The notes: generated by a model from the letters alone, not told the origin. A stretch of 64,000 nt of DNA from a bacterium (GCA_024226335.1 JAAELY010000311.1:18-64017); one strand, 5' to 3'; counted from the stretch's first letter, positions 46,278-56,117 are shown. A program made the numbers and translations.

Positions 46278-46970
46278 GTGATCCCGCTCAAGGACAGCAT
46301 CACCTCGCGGCGCTTTCCGATCGTCAACTACGCGATGATCGGCCTGTGCACACTGGCGTTCTACATGGAGTTCTCCGCCGGAGCCGGTCTCGACGAACTT
46401 CTGCACGAGCACGCGCTGATCCCGGCGCGTTTCGTGAGTCTGGGCGAACGAATCGGCTACTGGCACTTCAGCGTTTTCGCTCCGTTTTTCAGCTCGATGT
46501 TTCTACACGCGGGCTTCCTGCACTTTGCGGGAAACATGCTCTTCCTCTGGATCTTCGGCGACAACGTCGAGGACCATATGGGGCACCTGGGCTATCTGGC
46601 CTTTTATCTGCTCGGCGGCGGCTTCGCCGGACTCGCCCACGTGATCTCGAGCCCGGCTTCCGTGGTTCCCACAATCGGCGCCAGCGGTGCGATCGCCGCG
46701 GTCATGGGCGCTTACGTAGTGCTCTATCCGCGCGCGCGCATCGTTTCGCTGGTCATCATCTTCTTCTACATCCGCACGATCTCCGTTCCCGCCGTCGTGT
46801 ACCTGGGTCTGTGGTTCCTCATGCAGATCCTGAAGGGATCGGCCAGCTCGGGCGCACCCGACGACGGCGGCGTCGCATGGTGGGCACACACGGGAGGTTT
46901 CGCATTCGGCTTGATCCTGGTGAGCCTGCTAGGCGTTCGAGGCTCGGCGGCCTCGGGTCGACCGGGATGA
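46278..46970 (+). CDS. Rhomboid-family intramembrane serine protease
   Basis: Track ORF is 46179..46970, overlapping sseA. The GTG at 46278 gives (M)IPLKDSITSRRFPIVNYAMI. Motifs: FLHAGFLHFAGNMLFLWIFGDNVE (HxxxN), GASGAIAAVMGAY (catalytic Ser), a later His. Confidence 0.85.
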   Translation: MIPLKDSITSRRFPIVNYAMIGLCTLAFYMEFSAGAGLDELLHEHALIPARFVSLGERIGYWHFSVFAPFFSSMFLHAGFLHFAGNMLFLWIFGDNVEDHMGHLGYLAFYLLGGGFAGLAHVISSPASVVPTIGASGAIAAVMGAYVVLYPRARIVSLVIIFFYIRTISVPAVVYLGLWFLMQILKGSASSGAPDDGGVAWWAHTGGFAFGLILVSLLGVRGSAASGRPG

Positions 46971-47716
46971 GCCCGACCTCCAGAATGTCGAAGATCACGA
47001 CGGAACTCCCGAGGCGTGGAGATCTCGACGCGCTCTTCCTCGACGCGGGCAATACACTCATGTCGATGGACTTCTCGTGGATTTCCGGCGAACTGGCGAA
47101 ACTCGGCCATCCGGTACCCGGCGAGCGCATCGCGCGCAACGAAGCACGCATCCGGCCGAGTATTTCGAAGCAACTCCTGGAAGATACCTCCACCGAGAGC
47201 CGCGACTTCTTCCACCAGTATCTGACGCTGATCCTCGAACCCCTGATCGCGGTGACCGGAGAACAGGCGCGCGAAGTCATCGATGTACTCGCCCCACGAC
47301 TGAAGCCCGAAGGCACGAGCGAGCGCCTCTGGTCGGCCGTGTTACCGGGAATACCAGAGAGCCTGGAGCAGTTGCGGGCGTCCGGGTTGAAGCTCGTGGT
47401 CGTGAGCAACGCGGACGGCACCATCGAGCGGAACATCCAGAACAGTGGACTCCGGGAGTTCTTCGATGCTGTGGTGGATTCGCACGTGGTCGGATCGGAG
47501 AAACCCGATCCGGGCATCTTCTTGCACGCACTCGAGGCCGTGCAGGTCTCCCCGACCCGGACGCTGCACGCCGGTGATATCTACGCTGCAGACGTCGTCG
47601 GGGCGCGGGCTGCAGGCGTGCACCCCGTCCTGCTCGACCCCTACGAAGACTGGGGCGAACTCGACTGCCCCAAGGTCCTGAACGTACCCGATCTGACCCG
47701 CAGGCTACTCGCCTAG
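46967..47716 (+). CDS. HAD-superfamily hydrolase
   Basis: Track ORF is 46346..47716. The ATG at 46967 overlaps the rhomboid stop (ATGA). Motifs: LFLDAGNTL (motif I variant), VVSNADG, HAGDIYAADVVGARAAG. Confidence 0.75.
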   Translation: MSPTSRMSKITTELPRRGDLDALFLDAGNTLMSMDFSWISGELAKLGHPVPGERIARNEARIRPSISKQLLEDTSTESRDFFHQYLTLILEPLIAVTGEQAREVIDVLAPRLKPEGTSERLWSAVLPGIPESLEQLRASGLKLVVVSNADGTIERNIQNSGLREFFDAVVDSHVVGSEKPDPGIFLHALEAVQVSPTRTLHAGDIYAADVVGARAAGVHPVLLDPYEDWGELDCPKVLNVPDLTRRLLA

Positions 47717-47747
47717 CGGTCCGCTCAAAACACCGCCTGCATTCGGG

Positions 47748-49094
47748 CTAGAGCAACTCCGCCTCGAGGTCGAGGTCGCGCACACCCGTTATGCGAGCAT
47801 CCACGAACTCGCCGCGCGGGGCGGCGGATTTCAGGAACACCACACCGTCGACTTCGGGTGCTTGCGACCAGATGCGGCCGATCGAAGTACCCGTAGAACT
47901 GCTGTCGATCAGCACTCGCTCGTTGCTGCCCACCTGTTTCTTCAGGCTCTCACGCATGATGTCCTGTTGCAGGGCCATGAGGTGGCGATGCCGCTCGATC
48001 GCGACTTCGCGCGGCACCTTCTCGGCAAAATCGGCAGCGGGCGTGCCTTCTTCATCGGAATAACGGAACGCACCGACGCGTTCAAAACGCGCTTCGCGCA
48101 GGAGATCGCACAGAGCGTCGAAGTCCGCATCGGTTTCGCCGGGAAAACCCACGATGAAGGTCGAACGCAGCAGCGCGTTGGGGATACGCTCGCGCAACTT
48201 GTGAATCAGCGCGCGTTGGCGATCCGCGGTCACACCGCGCTTCATCGCCTTGAGCAGATTGTCGCTGGCGTGCTGTAGGGGCATGTCGATATACGGCAGA
48301 ACGCGACTGGCCCCGGCAATCGCTTCGATCACTTCGTCACTCACCGCCGTCGGATACAGATAGAGCAGACGAACCCAGTCGAGTTCCTCCACTGCATCGA
48401 GGGCGCGAATCAATTCGTGCAGACGCGGTCGGCCGTAGAGGTCCTTGCCCCAGGAACACGTGTCCTGAGAAATCACATTGATCTCGCCCGCACCCTCGCG
48501 ACCCAGGGTTCGCGCCTCGGCGATCACGGACTCCAACGTGCGACTCTGGAAAGGTCCGCGAATTTCCGGAATCGCGCAGAAAGCACAGGCACGATCGCAT
48601 CCTTCTGCGACCTTCACATACGCGCTGTGCTGACCACCGATGATCAGGCGCGGGCTGTCTTCGTCATACAGATATGTCTGGCCCGCATCCACGTAGACTC
48701 CGCGCGAGCGGCCTTCGAGCACTTCGTCGAGTATCTGCACGATTCCCTGGAACTGGCCGGTCCCTACGAAGGAATCGACCTCGGGAAGTTCGCGCGCCAG
48801 TTCCTGTCCGTAACGCTGAGGCAGACAGCCTGTCACGATCAGGCCGCGAAGCTGACCCTCTTCTCGCAAGTCTGCGAGATCCAGAATCGCTTCGATCGAC
48901 TCCTCTCGCGCACTCTGGATGAACGAGCAGGTATTGACCACGGCGACGTCGGCGTCTTCGAGGCGCTCGGCAATCGCGTAATCCCCCAGGGCCGTCGAGC
49001 CGAGCATCACCTCGGTATCGACCTGGTTCTTGGGGCAACCCAAGGTGCGAAAATAGACCAGTGCTTTGGCAGGGGCGGGCTTCATCGGAGACAC
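47748..49094 (-). CDS. rimO: Ribosomal protein S12 methylthiotransferase (radical SAM MTTase)
   Basis: 448 aa: FRTLGCPKNQVDTE, VVNTCSF, radical-SAM CDRACAFCAIP, C-terminal TRAM-like domain. Confidence 0.88.
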   Translation of the reverse strand: MSPMKPAPAKALVYFRTLGCPKNQVDTEVMLGSTALGDYAIAERLEDADVAVVNTCSFIQSAREESIEAILDLADLREEGQLRGLIVTGCLPQRYGQELARELPEVDSFVGTGQFQGIVQILDEVLEGRSRGVYVDAGQTYLYDEDSPRLIIGGQHSAYVKVAEGCDRACAFCAIPEIRGPFQSRTLESVIAEARTLGREGAGEINVISQDTCSWGKDLYGRPRLHELIRALDAVEELDWVRLLYLYPTAVSDEVIEAIAGASRVLPYIDMPLQHASDNLLKAMKRGVTADRQRALIHKLRERIPNALLRSTFIVGFPGETDADFDALCDLLREARFERVGAFRYSDEEGTPAADFAEKVPREVAIERHRHLMALQQDIMRESLKKQVGSNERVLIDSSSTGTSIGRIWSQAPEVDGVVFLKSAAPRGEFVDARITGVRDLDLEAELL

Positions 49095-49203
49095 AGGTTA
49101 CCTTCTGTCTGGTGAGGGGGCGACCAGGCTGGCCGCAGGCCGCTCCAGGGCCGGGCCTGAGCGAGGCCTGGCCAGGGTCCGGATCTTTGGGGAGGTGTCC
49201 GGC

Positions 49204-49602
49204 ATGTTGCAGCGATTGGCTGCCGCCTATTTCGGCGGTGCGGTGGGAGCACTGATCGTAGTCGCCGTGCTGTGGATTTCGGGGCGGGCGGAACTGATGA
49301 AGGCCATAGGGGTAATGTACACACCCCCGCTTTCATGGGAGTGGATCGCACCCTACCTGCTAGGCGGAAGCTTCTTCGGGCTGGGATATCCCTTCTTGCG
49401 CAGCCGCGGGCTGGGTCCGCGTCGCTCGGGAGTGATCCTGGCGATTCTCCCCTGCCTGACCAACCTGTTCTACTTCCTGCCCCATGCGGGTTACGGGATA
49501 CTGGCCATCGACCTCGGTGCCGCCGCACCTCTGGTCGTGGTGGCCGCGTGCGGAATCTGGGGCTACGCGCTATCCCAGGTCACGAAGCGAATGGGCACCT
49601 GA
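49204..49602 (+). CDS. Small integral membrane protein (about 4 TM), unknown family
   Basis: Track ORF is 49066..49602. The ATG at 49204 is preceded by GGGGAGG. Sequence begins MLQRLAAAYFGGAVGALIVVAVLWI... Confidence 0.55.
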   Translation: MLQRLAAAYFGGAVGALIVVAVLWISGRAELMKAIGVMYTPPLSWEWIAPYLLGGSFFGLGYPFLRSRGLGPRRSGVILAILPCLTNLFYFLPHAGYGILAIDLGAAAPLVVVAACGIWGYALSQVTKRMGT

Positions 49603-49641
49603 GAACACGCGCTCGATACGGAAACACTGGATGGGAACGCA

Positions 49642-50121
49642 ATGCGGATCGGTGTGGTCAGCGACACGCACGACAACCTGCGCAACGTCGCGAGAATCGT
49701 CGAACTCTTCAACGCGGCGAGGGTCGAGCGTGTGATCCACACGGGAGACATCACGCATCCGAACACCCTCGAGGTATTCGCGCGACTCGAAGCGCCACTT
49801 CACGGGGTTTTTGGAAATAACGATGCCGACCGCGATGCCCTCGAGAGCACCGCAGAAAACCTTGGATTCAGCCTGGTCGAACCGCCGCTTCGCCTGCAAT
49901 GGGCCGGACGCGAACTGACCGTGGTCCACGATCCCTACGCCCATCGCGATCACGAACTGGGCCCGCTACTCCTCCATGGTCATCATCACCGACGCCGCAT
50001 CGAGCGCGCTGGCGACGGCCTGATCTTCAACCCCGGCGAGAGTGCGGGGCTCATCGAAGGCAGTAACGCGGTCGGCGTGATCGACCTGATCGAACTCGCC
50101 ACGGAGATCCTGGATTTCTGA
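49642..50121 (+). CDS. Metallophosphoesterase, YfcE/MJ0936 family
   Basis: 159 aa: MRIGVVSDTHDN, VIHTGD, GNND, HGH. Confidence 0.88.
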   Translation: MRIGVVSDTHDNLRNVARIVELFNAARVERVIHTGDITHPNTLEVFARLEAPLHGVFGNNDADRDALESTAENLGFSLVEPPLRLQWAGRELTVVHDPYAHRDHELGPLLLHGHHHRRRIERAGDGLIFNPGESAGLIEGSNAVGVIDLIELATEILDF

Positions 50122-50762
50122 TGCGCAGCAAGATCGTCGCCATCGCAGACCAGGTTCGAGCCATCGCGAGTACCGGACTGCACTTCAACGATATCGAGTA
50201 CGACCGCGAGCGTTACGAAAGACTGCTCCGACTGGCCGCCGAACTCACCACACTCACCGCGCTCGACGACGATCGGCTCGATGCAGAGGCGATTGAAGCC
50301 CTGTACCGCAGTGCAGACCACGGATACGTGACTCCAAAACTCGACGCGCGCATGGCGATCTTCCGCGCCGACCGGGTTCTTCTGATCAAAGAAGGCGTCG
50401 ACCGCTGCTGGGCACTTCCCGGAGGCTACATCGATGTGGGTGACAGCCCCTCCGAGGCTGCAGTGCGCGAAACGGCGGAAGAAGCGGGCCTGGAAACCCG
50501 GGCCCGGCGGCTGGCGGGCGTCTTCGATCTGCGCCTGCAGCCCGACTGTCCGCCGCAGATCTTCCACATCCACAAGTACCTGTTCACCGGTGAGGCGCTC
50601 GATGCGAACGCCGAGCCCCGCGCCGGGAGTGAAGCGATCGACGTCGGATTCTTCTCACTCGACGACCTTCCCAGACTTTCGCGGGGACGCACGCTGCCCC
50701 TGCACATTCGCGAAGCCTACCGGGTGCACCGAGACCCGGAGGCTCTGCCGTATTTTGACTGA
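50121..50762 (+). CDS. NUDIX hydrolase with Nudix_N-type N-terminal domain
   Basis: 213 aa: AIASTGLHFNDIEYDRERYERL (N-domain), Nudix box LPGGYIDVGDSPSEAAVRETAEEAGLE. The start shares a base with the preceding stop. Confidence 0.85.
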   Translation: MRSKIVAIADQVRAIASTGLHFNDIEYDRERYERLLRLAAELTTLTALDDDRLDAEAIEALYRSADHGYVTPKLDARMAIFRADRVLLIKEGVDRCWALPGGYIDVGDSPSEAAVRETAEEAGLETRARRLAGVFDLRLQPDCPPQIFHIHKYLFTGEALDANAEPRAGSEAIDVGFFSLDDLPRLSRGRTLPLHIREAYRVHRDPEALPYFD

Positions 50763-50763
50763 A

Positions 50764-51153
50764 GTGCGATCAAGGCGAGCGCCTTTTGCGGTTCCCCTCC
50801 TCGCTCTGCTGCTCACATCGACGGGTTGCGCGACTCTGGTCAGCGGCACCCGCGAGTCGATTCACATAGAGACGGAGCCTGCAGGTGCGAGCGTGTTGAT
50901 TCGTCCAGGAGAAATCCGAACCGTGACGCCCGCGACCCTGGACCTCAAACGCCGCGCTGCGCCCTACAGCCTGGAGATCCATCGCGAAGGCTACGCCTCG
51001 GAGCGCGTGTACATCCGTGCAAGACCGAATGCGTGGGCGTGCGGCAATTTGCTGCTCATCACCATTCCGGGAGTTCTCATCGACTGGGCCTCGGGCGCGG
51101 CCATCGACCTTGAACCCGACTCGATCCGGCTGGTTCTCGCGCCGGAACCGTAG
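50764..51153 (+). CDS. PEGA-domain lipoprotein
   Basis: Lies inside track ORF 50434..51153. The GTG at 50764 is 1 nt after the Nudix stop. Sequence: (M)RSRRAPFAVPLLALLLTSTGCATL..., IETEPAGASVLI...EIHREGYASERVYI (PEGA pattern), hydrophobic C-terminal segment. Confidence 0.7.
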   Translation: MRSRRAPFAVPLLALLLTSTGCATLVSGTRESIHIETEPAGASVLIRPGEIRTVTPATLDLKRRAAPYSLEIHREGYASERVYIRARPNAWACGNLLLITIPGVLIDWASGAAIDLEPDSIRLVLAPEP

Positions 51154-51168
51154 CCCGTTCTCGCGCCC

Positions 51169-52968
51169 TCAGGTCTCGCGTCGTTTGGCGAGTTCACGCC
51201 CGTAGGCGTTCATCATGTCGCGATAGTCGAGCATGCCGATGATTGCGCTCGTCTCGGATCCTTCGATCGGGGGTTCGAGTACGGGGATCTGTGGACAACC
51301 CGAAACGCGAAACAGTTCGTGAGCGCGGTACAGATCGTCGTCCGGCAGGACAGAGACCGGCGGAGCCGCGATGTCTCCGGCGACGACGAAGCGATCGAGG
51401 TGGTGATCGTCCATGACCGGCCGGATCTGCTCGGCGGTGAGCAGTCCCACGAGTTTGCCCGTGGGATTGACGACGGGCACCGTCGCATCCCGTCCGCCCA
51501 GTACGATGCCGCGCAGGGCTTCGAAACGCGCGCCGGGCGAGACCGTCGGCACGTCCTCCGAGGCACGGAACACGTCTGCGACGAGCATCTCCTCAAGCAC
51601 GTTGATCGTCAGATCCGATACATGCGCCGGTGAATGAAAGCGGTCCTTGACCTGGCTCTTGTAGATCGAGGTTCCCCGAGTCAGGATCATCGAGATGACC
51701 GATACGAGCATCAGCGGCGGGAGCAGCGCGTAGCCGCCCGTCATCTCGGTAACCATGAGCATGGCACCGATTGGCGCACTGGCCACACCCGCAAAGAAGC
51801 TCGCCATGCCGACAAGCACGAAAGCCGCCGGATTCGGAAACAGCTCCGGCGACAGGAGTTCGCCTCCGTAGCCGATCGTGGCACCGAGCATTCCGCCAAT
51901 GAAGAGCGTGGGGCCGAAGACACCGCCACTTCCACCGGATCCGATCGTGAGACAGGTGGAAAGGATCTTGGCCGCGACGATCCAAGCCATCGCCGTCAAC
52001 ACCATCTCACCGTCGAGGGCTTTCTGGATGTATCCCCAGCCCGCGCCGTAGGCTTCCGGGTACCACAGACCGATGAAACCCACGCACAACCCGCCGATCA
52101 TGGGCCGAATCGCTCGCGGCCCGGGAATCCGCGGAAAGACCCGGTCGCTGAGCCAGTAGTACAGCCAGATATAGCCGCGACCCACGGGTACGGTGACCAA
52201 TGCCAGGACCAGATAACCGGGAATCTCGATCGGAGTGACCAGTGCAAGGCTTGGAATCGCGAAGATGCGCTCGCCTCCGAGCAAAAGCATGAACAGGATG
52301 TACGCCGTGACCGAGGAGATGACGCTCGGAATCAGTGCATCGGATTCAAAATCCTCTTTGTAGAGCACCTCGATCGCGGTGATCGCACTGCCCAGCGGCG
52401 CTCGAAAGATGGCACCCAGACCGCCTGCGGTTCCGGCCAGCAAGAGGATGCGGCGATCGCGCGCGCTCAAGCCGAATCGAACCGCCAGGAACGAACCGAT
52501 TCCCGCGCCGATCTGAGCGATCGGTCCCTCTTTGCCCGCACTTCCGCCCGTTCCCAGTGTGAGTAGGGTCGCCAGGCCCTTGATGAAGGGAACCCGTCCG
52601 GGGACCATGCCGCGCCCGCGGTGAAACGAGTTGATCATCTCGTCGGTACCGGGTCCGGCCGCCTCGGGCGCAAAGCGGTAGACGATCAAGCCCGAAAGCA
52701 GGCCGCCGATCGCGGGCAGAATGAAGAACAACCAGCGCCGAGGTTCACCCGGGGAGACTTCACTGTGAAAGATCTGATCGCCCGGAGGAGCCGGTTGCGG
52801 CATGTGCGCGAGCAAATTGAAACTGAGGTGGCTGGCCGCTTCCAACGCCAGGAAGAAAATGACGGCGGCGAGCCCCGAAGCGAGACCGACCGCGATCCCG
52901 TAGATGATCCAGCGACTCTGGAGTTCCCGCAGCCGGTGAACGAAACTGCGATTTTCAGGCGACGACAC
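51169..52968 (-). CDS. ClC-family chloride channel/antiporter with C-terminal CBS pair
   Basis: 599 aa: GSGIP-like GGSAGKEGP, GAIFRAPLG, GSGGSGGVFGPTLFIGG, then two CBS motifs. Confidence 0.9.
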   Translation of the reverse strand: MSSPENRSFVHRLRELQSRWIIYGIAVGLASGLAAVIFFLALEAASHLSFNLLAHMPQPAPPGDQIFHSEVSPGEPRRWLFFILPAIGGLLSGLIVYRFAPEAAGPGTDEMINSFHRGRGMVPGRVPFIKGLATLLTLGTGGSAGKEGPIAQIGAGIGSFLAVRFGLSARDRRILLLAGTAGGLGAIFRAPLGSAITAIEVLYKEDFESDALIPSVISSVTAYILFMLLLGGERIFAIPSLALVTPIEIPGYLVLALVTVPVGRGYIWLYYWLSDRVFPRIPGPRAIRPMIGGLCVGFIGLWYPEAYGAGWGYIQKALDGEMVLTAMAWIVAAKILSTCLTIGSGGSGGVFGPTLFIGGMLGATIGYGGELLSPELFPNPAAFVLVGMASFFAGVASAPIGAMLMVTEMTGGYALLPPLMLVSVISMILTRGTSIYKSQVKDRFHSPAHVSDLTINVLEEMLVADVFRASEDVPTVSPGARFEALRGIVLGGRDATVPVVNPTGKLVGLLTAEQIRPVMDDHHLDRFVVAGDIAAPPVSVLPDDDLYRAHELFRVSGCPQIPVLEPPIEGSETSAIIGMLDYRDMMNAYGRELAKRRET

Positions 52969-53225
52969 CGTTAGCCGAACTCCTGGGAAAACGGGCCAAT
53001 AGGCCGAAACCTAGGCCGCGGGAGAAAGCTGGGGAGGGTTACCGGCGGCGAGTCTAGCACCCGCGAGAAAATCCGCGCTGTCGCCAACTCCCCGCGGGAG
53101 ACCACCGGATGCAGCGCACTCCGCTTGCGACAGATCTACCCTCTTCGGTTCTCAGAATACCAGTCTCGCCACATGTTTGCAGTTTGAGTTGAGAAGCCCG
53201 GCGGGCCACCTAGACTCGATTTCCG

Positions 53226-54635
53226 ATGCCCGTTCCCACCACCGTTCGATTGCTGCTGGTTGACGATGAGGTGCTCTCGAGACGCGCCCTCGCCCGCACC
53301 CTGGCCTCGTTGAAAATCGAGATCACCGCTCTGGCCGATGCAGACGAGGCTTCCGCGGCGCTCGAGCGCGAGGATTTCGAAGGACTGCTGATCCGGCAGA
53401 AGACCGGAGGCCGCGATGGCCTCGAATTGATTCGCCGAGCACGGGAGTTGTACCCACAGATCACCTGCATCCTGCTGGCAGATCTCGATACGCCCGAGGC
53501 CTCTCGCGACGCCCTGGAAGCGGGTGCCTTCTGGGTCCTGCCCCGGCCCTTCGAACACGGTTTTGCGGCCGTGCGCGACGTGGTCCAGCGGGCTCTCGCA
53601 TCGTGTGCACCGGGCGATGGCAGCGCTCAGGTGAAGCGCGCGGGCTCCCGCACGATCATCGGCGAGAGCGCGGCCCTGCAAAGCGTGCTCTCGATCGCGC
53701 ACAAGGTCGCGTCGAGCGCCGCGACCGTGCTCGTCACGGGAGAAAGCGGTACCGGCAAGGAACTGTTTGCGCGGGCGATCCACGATCACAGCCGCCGCGC
53801 GGACCGTGCCTTCATTCCGGTGAACTGCGGTGCGATTCCCGAGGACTTACTGGAGTCGGAACTGTTCGGACATGTTCGCGGCGCGTTCACGCACGCCGTC
53901 GAGGATCGCCAGGGACGCTTCACGCTGGCAGACGGCGGAACGATTTTCCTGGATGAAATTGGTGATATGAGCCCGTCTCTGCAGGTCAAGCTCCTGCGCG
54001 TTCTGGAAGACGGCTGCTTTGAACCCGTCGGCGCGTCGCGCACTCAGCGAGTCGACGTGCGCGTGATCGCCGCCACCAATCAGAAGCTCGAAGCCGCCAT
54101 GCAGGTCGGTCAATTCAGGCGCGACCTGTTCTATCGACTCAATGTAGTTCCAATCGAGCTACCGCCACTGCGCGAGCGGCGCGAAGACGTTCCGACGCTC
54201 GTGGAGCACTTCATGAAGCGCATCCTCGAGCGGCGTGGCGTGCAACGGCACGTTTCGGCTTCGGCGCTGGAACTTCTGCAACGCTACGACTGGCCGGGGA
54301 ATGTGCGTGAACTCGAGAACGTGCTCGAACGCGTTGTCTTGCTGTCCAGTGGAGATTGCATTCGAGCCGAAGACCTGCCGCCGCCCATTGGCGATTCGCG
54401 CCCGCAGGAGAGCGAAAACGGGACGCAACTCCCCGGATCGGGCCTGGCGTTTTCCGAACTCGTGGCTCGCTATGAGCGCGACCTGCTGAAGCGAGCGCTC
54501 GACCAGACCGGTTGGAACAAGAGTCGTGCGGCCGTCCTGCTCGGACTCAACCGAACGACCTTGCTCGAGATGATCAAGCGTCGGGACGTGACCCCCGACA
54601 CCACGCAAGATCGGGCGGTGGACTCACTCGTCTAG
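53226..54635 (+). CDS. Sigma-54-dependent transcriptional activator (NtrC family) with degenerate receiver domain
   Basis: 469 aa: REC-like N-domain, AAA+ core (GESGTGKELFARAIH; GAFTHA in place of GAFTGA; DEIGDM; RVIAATN), C-terminal Fis-type HTH (SRAAVLLGLNRTTLLEMIKR). Confidence 0.9.
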   Translation: MPVPTTVRLLLVDDEVLSRRALARTLASLKIEITALADADEASAALEREDFEGLLIRQKTGGRDGLELIRRARELYPQITCILLADLDTPEASRDALEAGAFWVLPRPFEHGFAAVRDVVQRALASCAPGDGSAQVKRAGSRTIIGESAALQSVLSIAHKVASSAATVLVTGESGTGKELFARAIHDHSRRADRAFIPVNCGAIPEDLLESELFGHVRGAFTHAVEDRQGRFTLADGGTIFLDEIGDMSPSLQVKLLRVLEDGCFEPVGASRTQRVDVRVIAATNQKLEAAMQVGQFRRDLFYRLNVVPIELPPLRERREDVPTLVEHFMKRILERRGVQRHVSASALELLQRYDWPGNVRELENVLERVVLLSSGDCIRAEDLPPPIGDSRPQESENGTQLPGSGLAFSELVARYERDLLKRALDQTGWNKSRAAVLLGLNRTTLLEMIKRRDVTPDTTQDRAVDSLV

Positions 54636-55187
54636 AACGTCGTCGATCGCCTCGACCACCTGAACGCCGCCCGCGGGTTCCAAGTCGAGTCCCGTCGTCT
54701 CCATGATGCGTGCAACCAGCATGTAGAAACCGATCGCCACCACCAGTTCCACGATCTCCTGCGCGGAGAGCTTCTGCTTGAGAGGCTCGAGTACGGCGTC
54801 GGAGGGACGCGCGTGATCGATCAATTCGCTGGTGAAGCCCAGGACATCGCGCTCCAGTTCGTCGAAACAGGACGCCTGGATCTCGCCCTTTTCGAGGGCC
54901 GCGATCTGCGCTTTCGTGGCACCGGCCCGTTCGGCGATCGGAACGTGCTGGACCCACTCGTACTCGGCCTTCGATACCCGCGCCACCTGCAGGATTGCCA
55001 GCTCACGCAGCTTGTCGTCGAGCATCTGTCGGCCCAGGATCGTTCCTCCCAGACGCACCAGTGAGCTGAAGTTGCGCTCGGCATGCGCGAACATGCGAAA
55101 AATCCCCAGTTTTAACGGCAATGCGTCGTAGACCTCGCGCACGCTCGAATGCAAGTCGCTTATGTTCTTGTACGGAAGCCGAGACAT
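54624..55187 (-). CDS. Carboxymuconolactone decarboxylase (AhpD-like) family protein
   Basis: Track ORF is 54624..55343. ATG 55187 gives MSRLPYKNISDLHSSVREVYDAL... The protein is helical and CMD-like (...RELAILQVARVSKAEYEWVQHVPIA...). Its 3' end overlaps the convergent activator gene by 12 nt. Confidence 0.7.
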   Translation of the reverse strand: MSRLPYKNISDLHSSVREVYDALPLKLGIFRMFAHAERNFSSLVRLGGTILGRQMLDDKLRELAILQVARVSKAEYEWVQHVPIAERAGATKAQIAALEKGEIQASCFDELERDVLGFTSELIDHARPSDAVLEPLKQKLSAQEIVELVVAIGFYMLVARIMETTGLDLEPAGGVQVVEAIDDVLDE

Positions 55188-55212
55188 GAAACTCTCCTTC
55201 TGTGAACGCGGC

Positions 55213-56103
55213 TCAGTCGACACCCGCGAGGCGCGCGCGTTCAAGCGTGTTCCTGGCCCGCGCCAGATGCGGCGCATCGACCATCTGGCCGCGGAACTGG
55301 AAGGCCATCCGACCTTCCTTCTCGTGCCGTTCGAACTCTGCAACGAGTTCGCGGCTCTCTTGGATGTCGTCCGCAGACGGTGTGAGAACTTGATTGACGA
55401 TCTCGACCTGGTTCGGGTGGATCGTCAGCTTGCCGGTAAAACCGATTTGCGCCGCTTCCCGTGCTTCGGCGCGCAGGCCGTCGAGATCGTGCACGTCGAC
55501 CCATACACCGTCGAGTGGCTGCACGCCCGCCGCGCAGGCCGCAAGCAGAGCCATGTGGCGGGCGTAGCGGAAGATCTCCAGGTACTGCCCGTCATCGCCG
55601 CGATTGCGCGTGGCACCGAGCGCCGCAGACAGGTCCTCGGCGCCCCAGGTCAGCCCATCGACGCGCGGAGCGGAAGCGAGTTCCGAGATGTTCATCAATC
55701 CCTGCGGTGTCTCAGTGGCGATCACGAGCACGCGAACCGCACCCTGCGGATGACCGTGCTCGCACTCGAGTTTCGTGAGCATCGCATCGATCTGCTCCAA
55801 GTCCGCCGCACCGCGGGTCTTCGGCACCAGGTATGCGTCGGGCGGTGTGCGCATGGTCGCTTCGTAGTCGCGCGCCCCCCAGGGCGTGTCGAGCGGGTTG
55901 CAGCGCACGATGCGCTCCTGGCGGCCGAAGTCCACGTCTCGCAACCAGCCGGCGATCTCTTCGCGAGCATCGTCCTTTTGATCGGGAGTCACCGCATCTT
56001 CGAGATCGAGCACCAGCGCATCCGCGGGAAGAGCCAGCGATTTGAGCAGCATCTTCTCGCTTGCCCCGGGGACGAAATGGGCGGCTCGGCGCAGTCGTGG
56101 CAT
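55213..56103 (-). CDS. HpcH/HpaI aldolase - citrate lyase beta (CitE)-like acyl-CoA lyase/thioesterase
   Basis: Track ORF is 55213..56166. ATG 56103 gives [38 protein letters not shown], a typical CitE N-terminus. Further motifs: ...VRCNPL..., ...ETPQGLMN..., ...[10 protein letters not shown]... Confidence 0.8.
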   Translation of the reverse strand: MPRLRRAAHFVPGASEKMLLKSLALPADALVLDLEDAVTPDQKDDAREEIAGWLRDVDFGRQERIVRCNPLDTPWGARDYEATMRTPPDAYLVPKTRGAADLEQIDAMLTKLECEHGHPQGAVRVLVIATETPQGLMNISELASAPRVDGLTWGAEDLSAALGATRNRGDDGQYLEIFRYARHMALLAACAAGVQPLDGVWVDVHDLDGLRAEAREAAQIGFTGKLTIHPNQVEIVNQVLTPSADDIQESRELVAEFERHEKEGRMAFQFRGQMVDAPHLARARNTLERARLAGVD

Positions 56104-56117
56104 ATCTGCCTTCCAAT

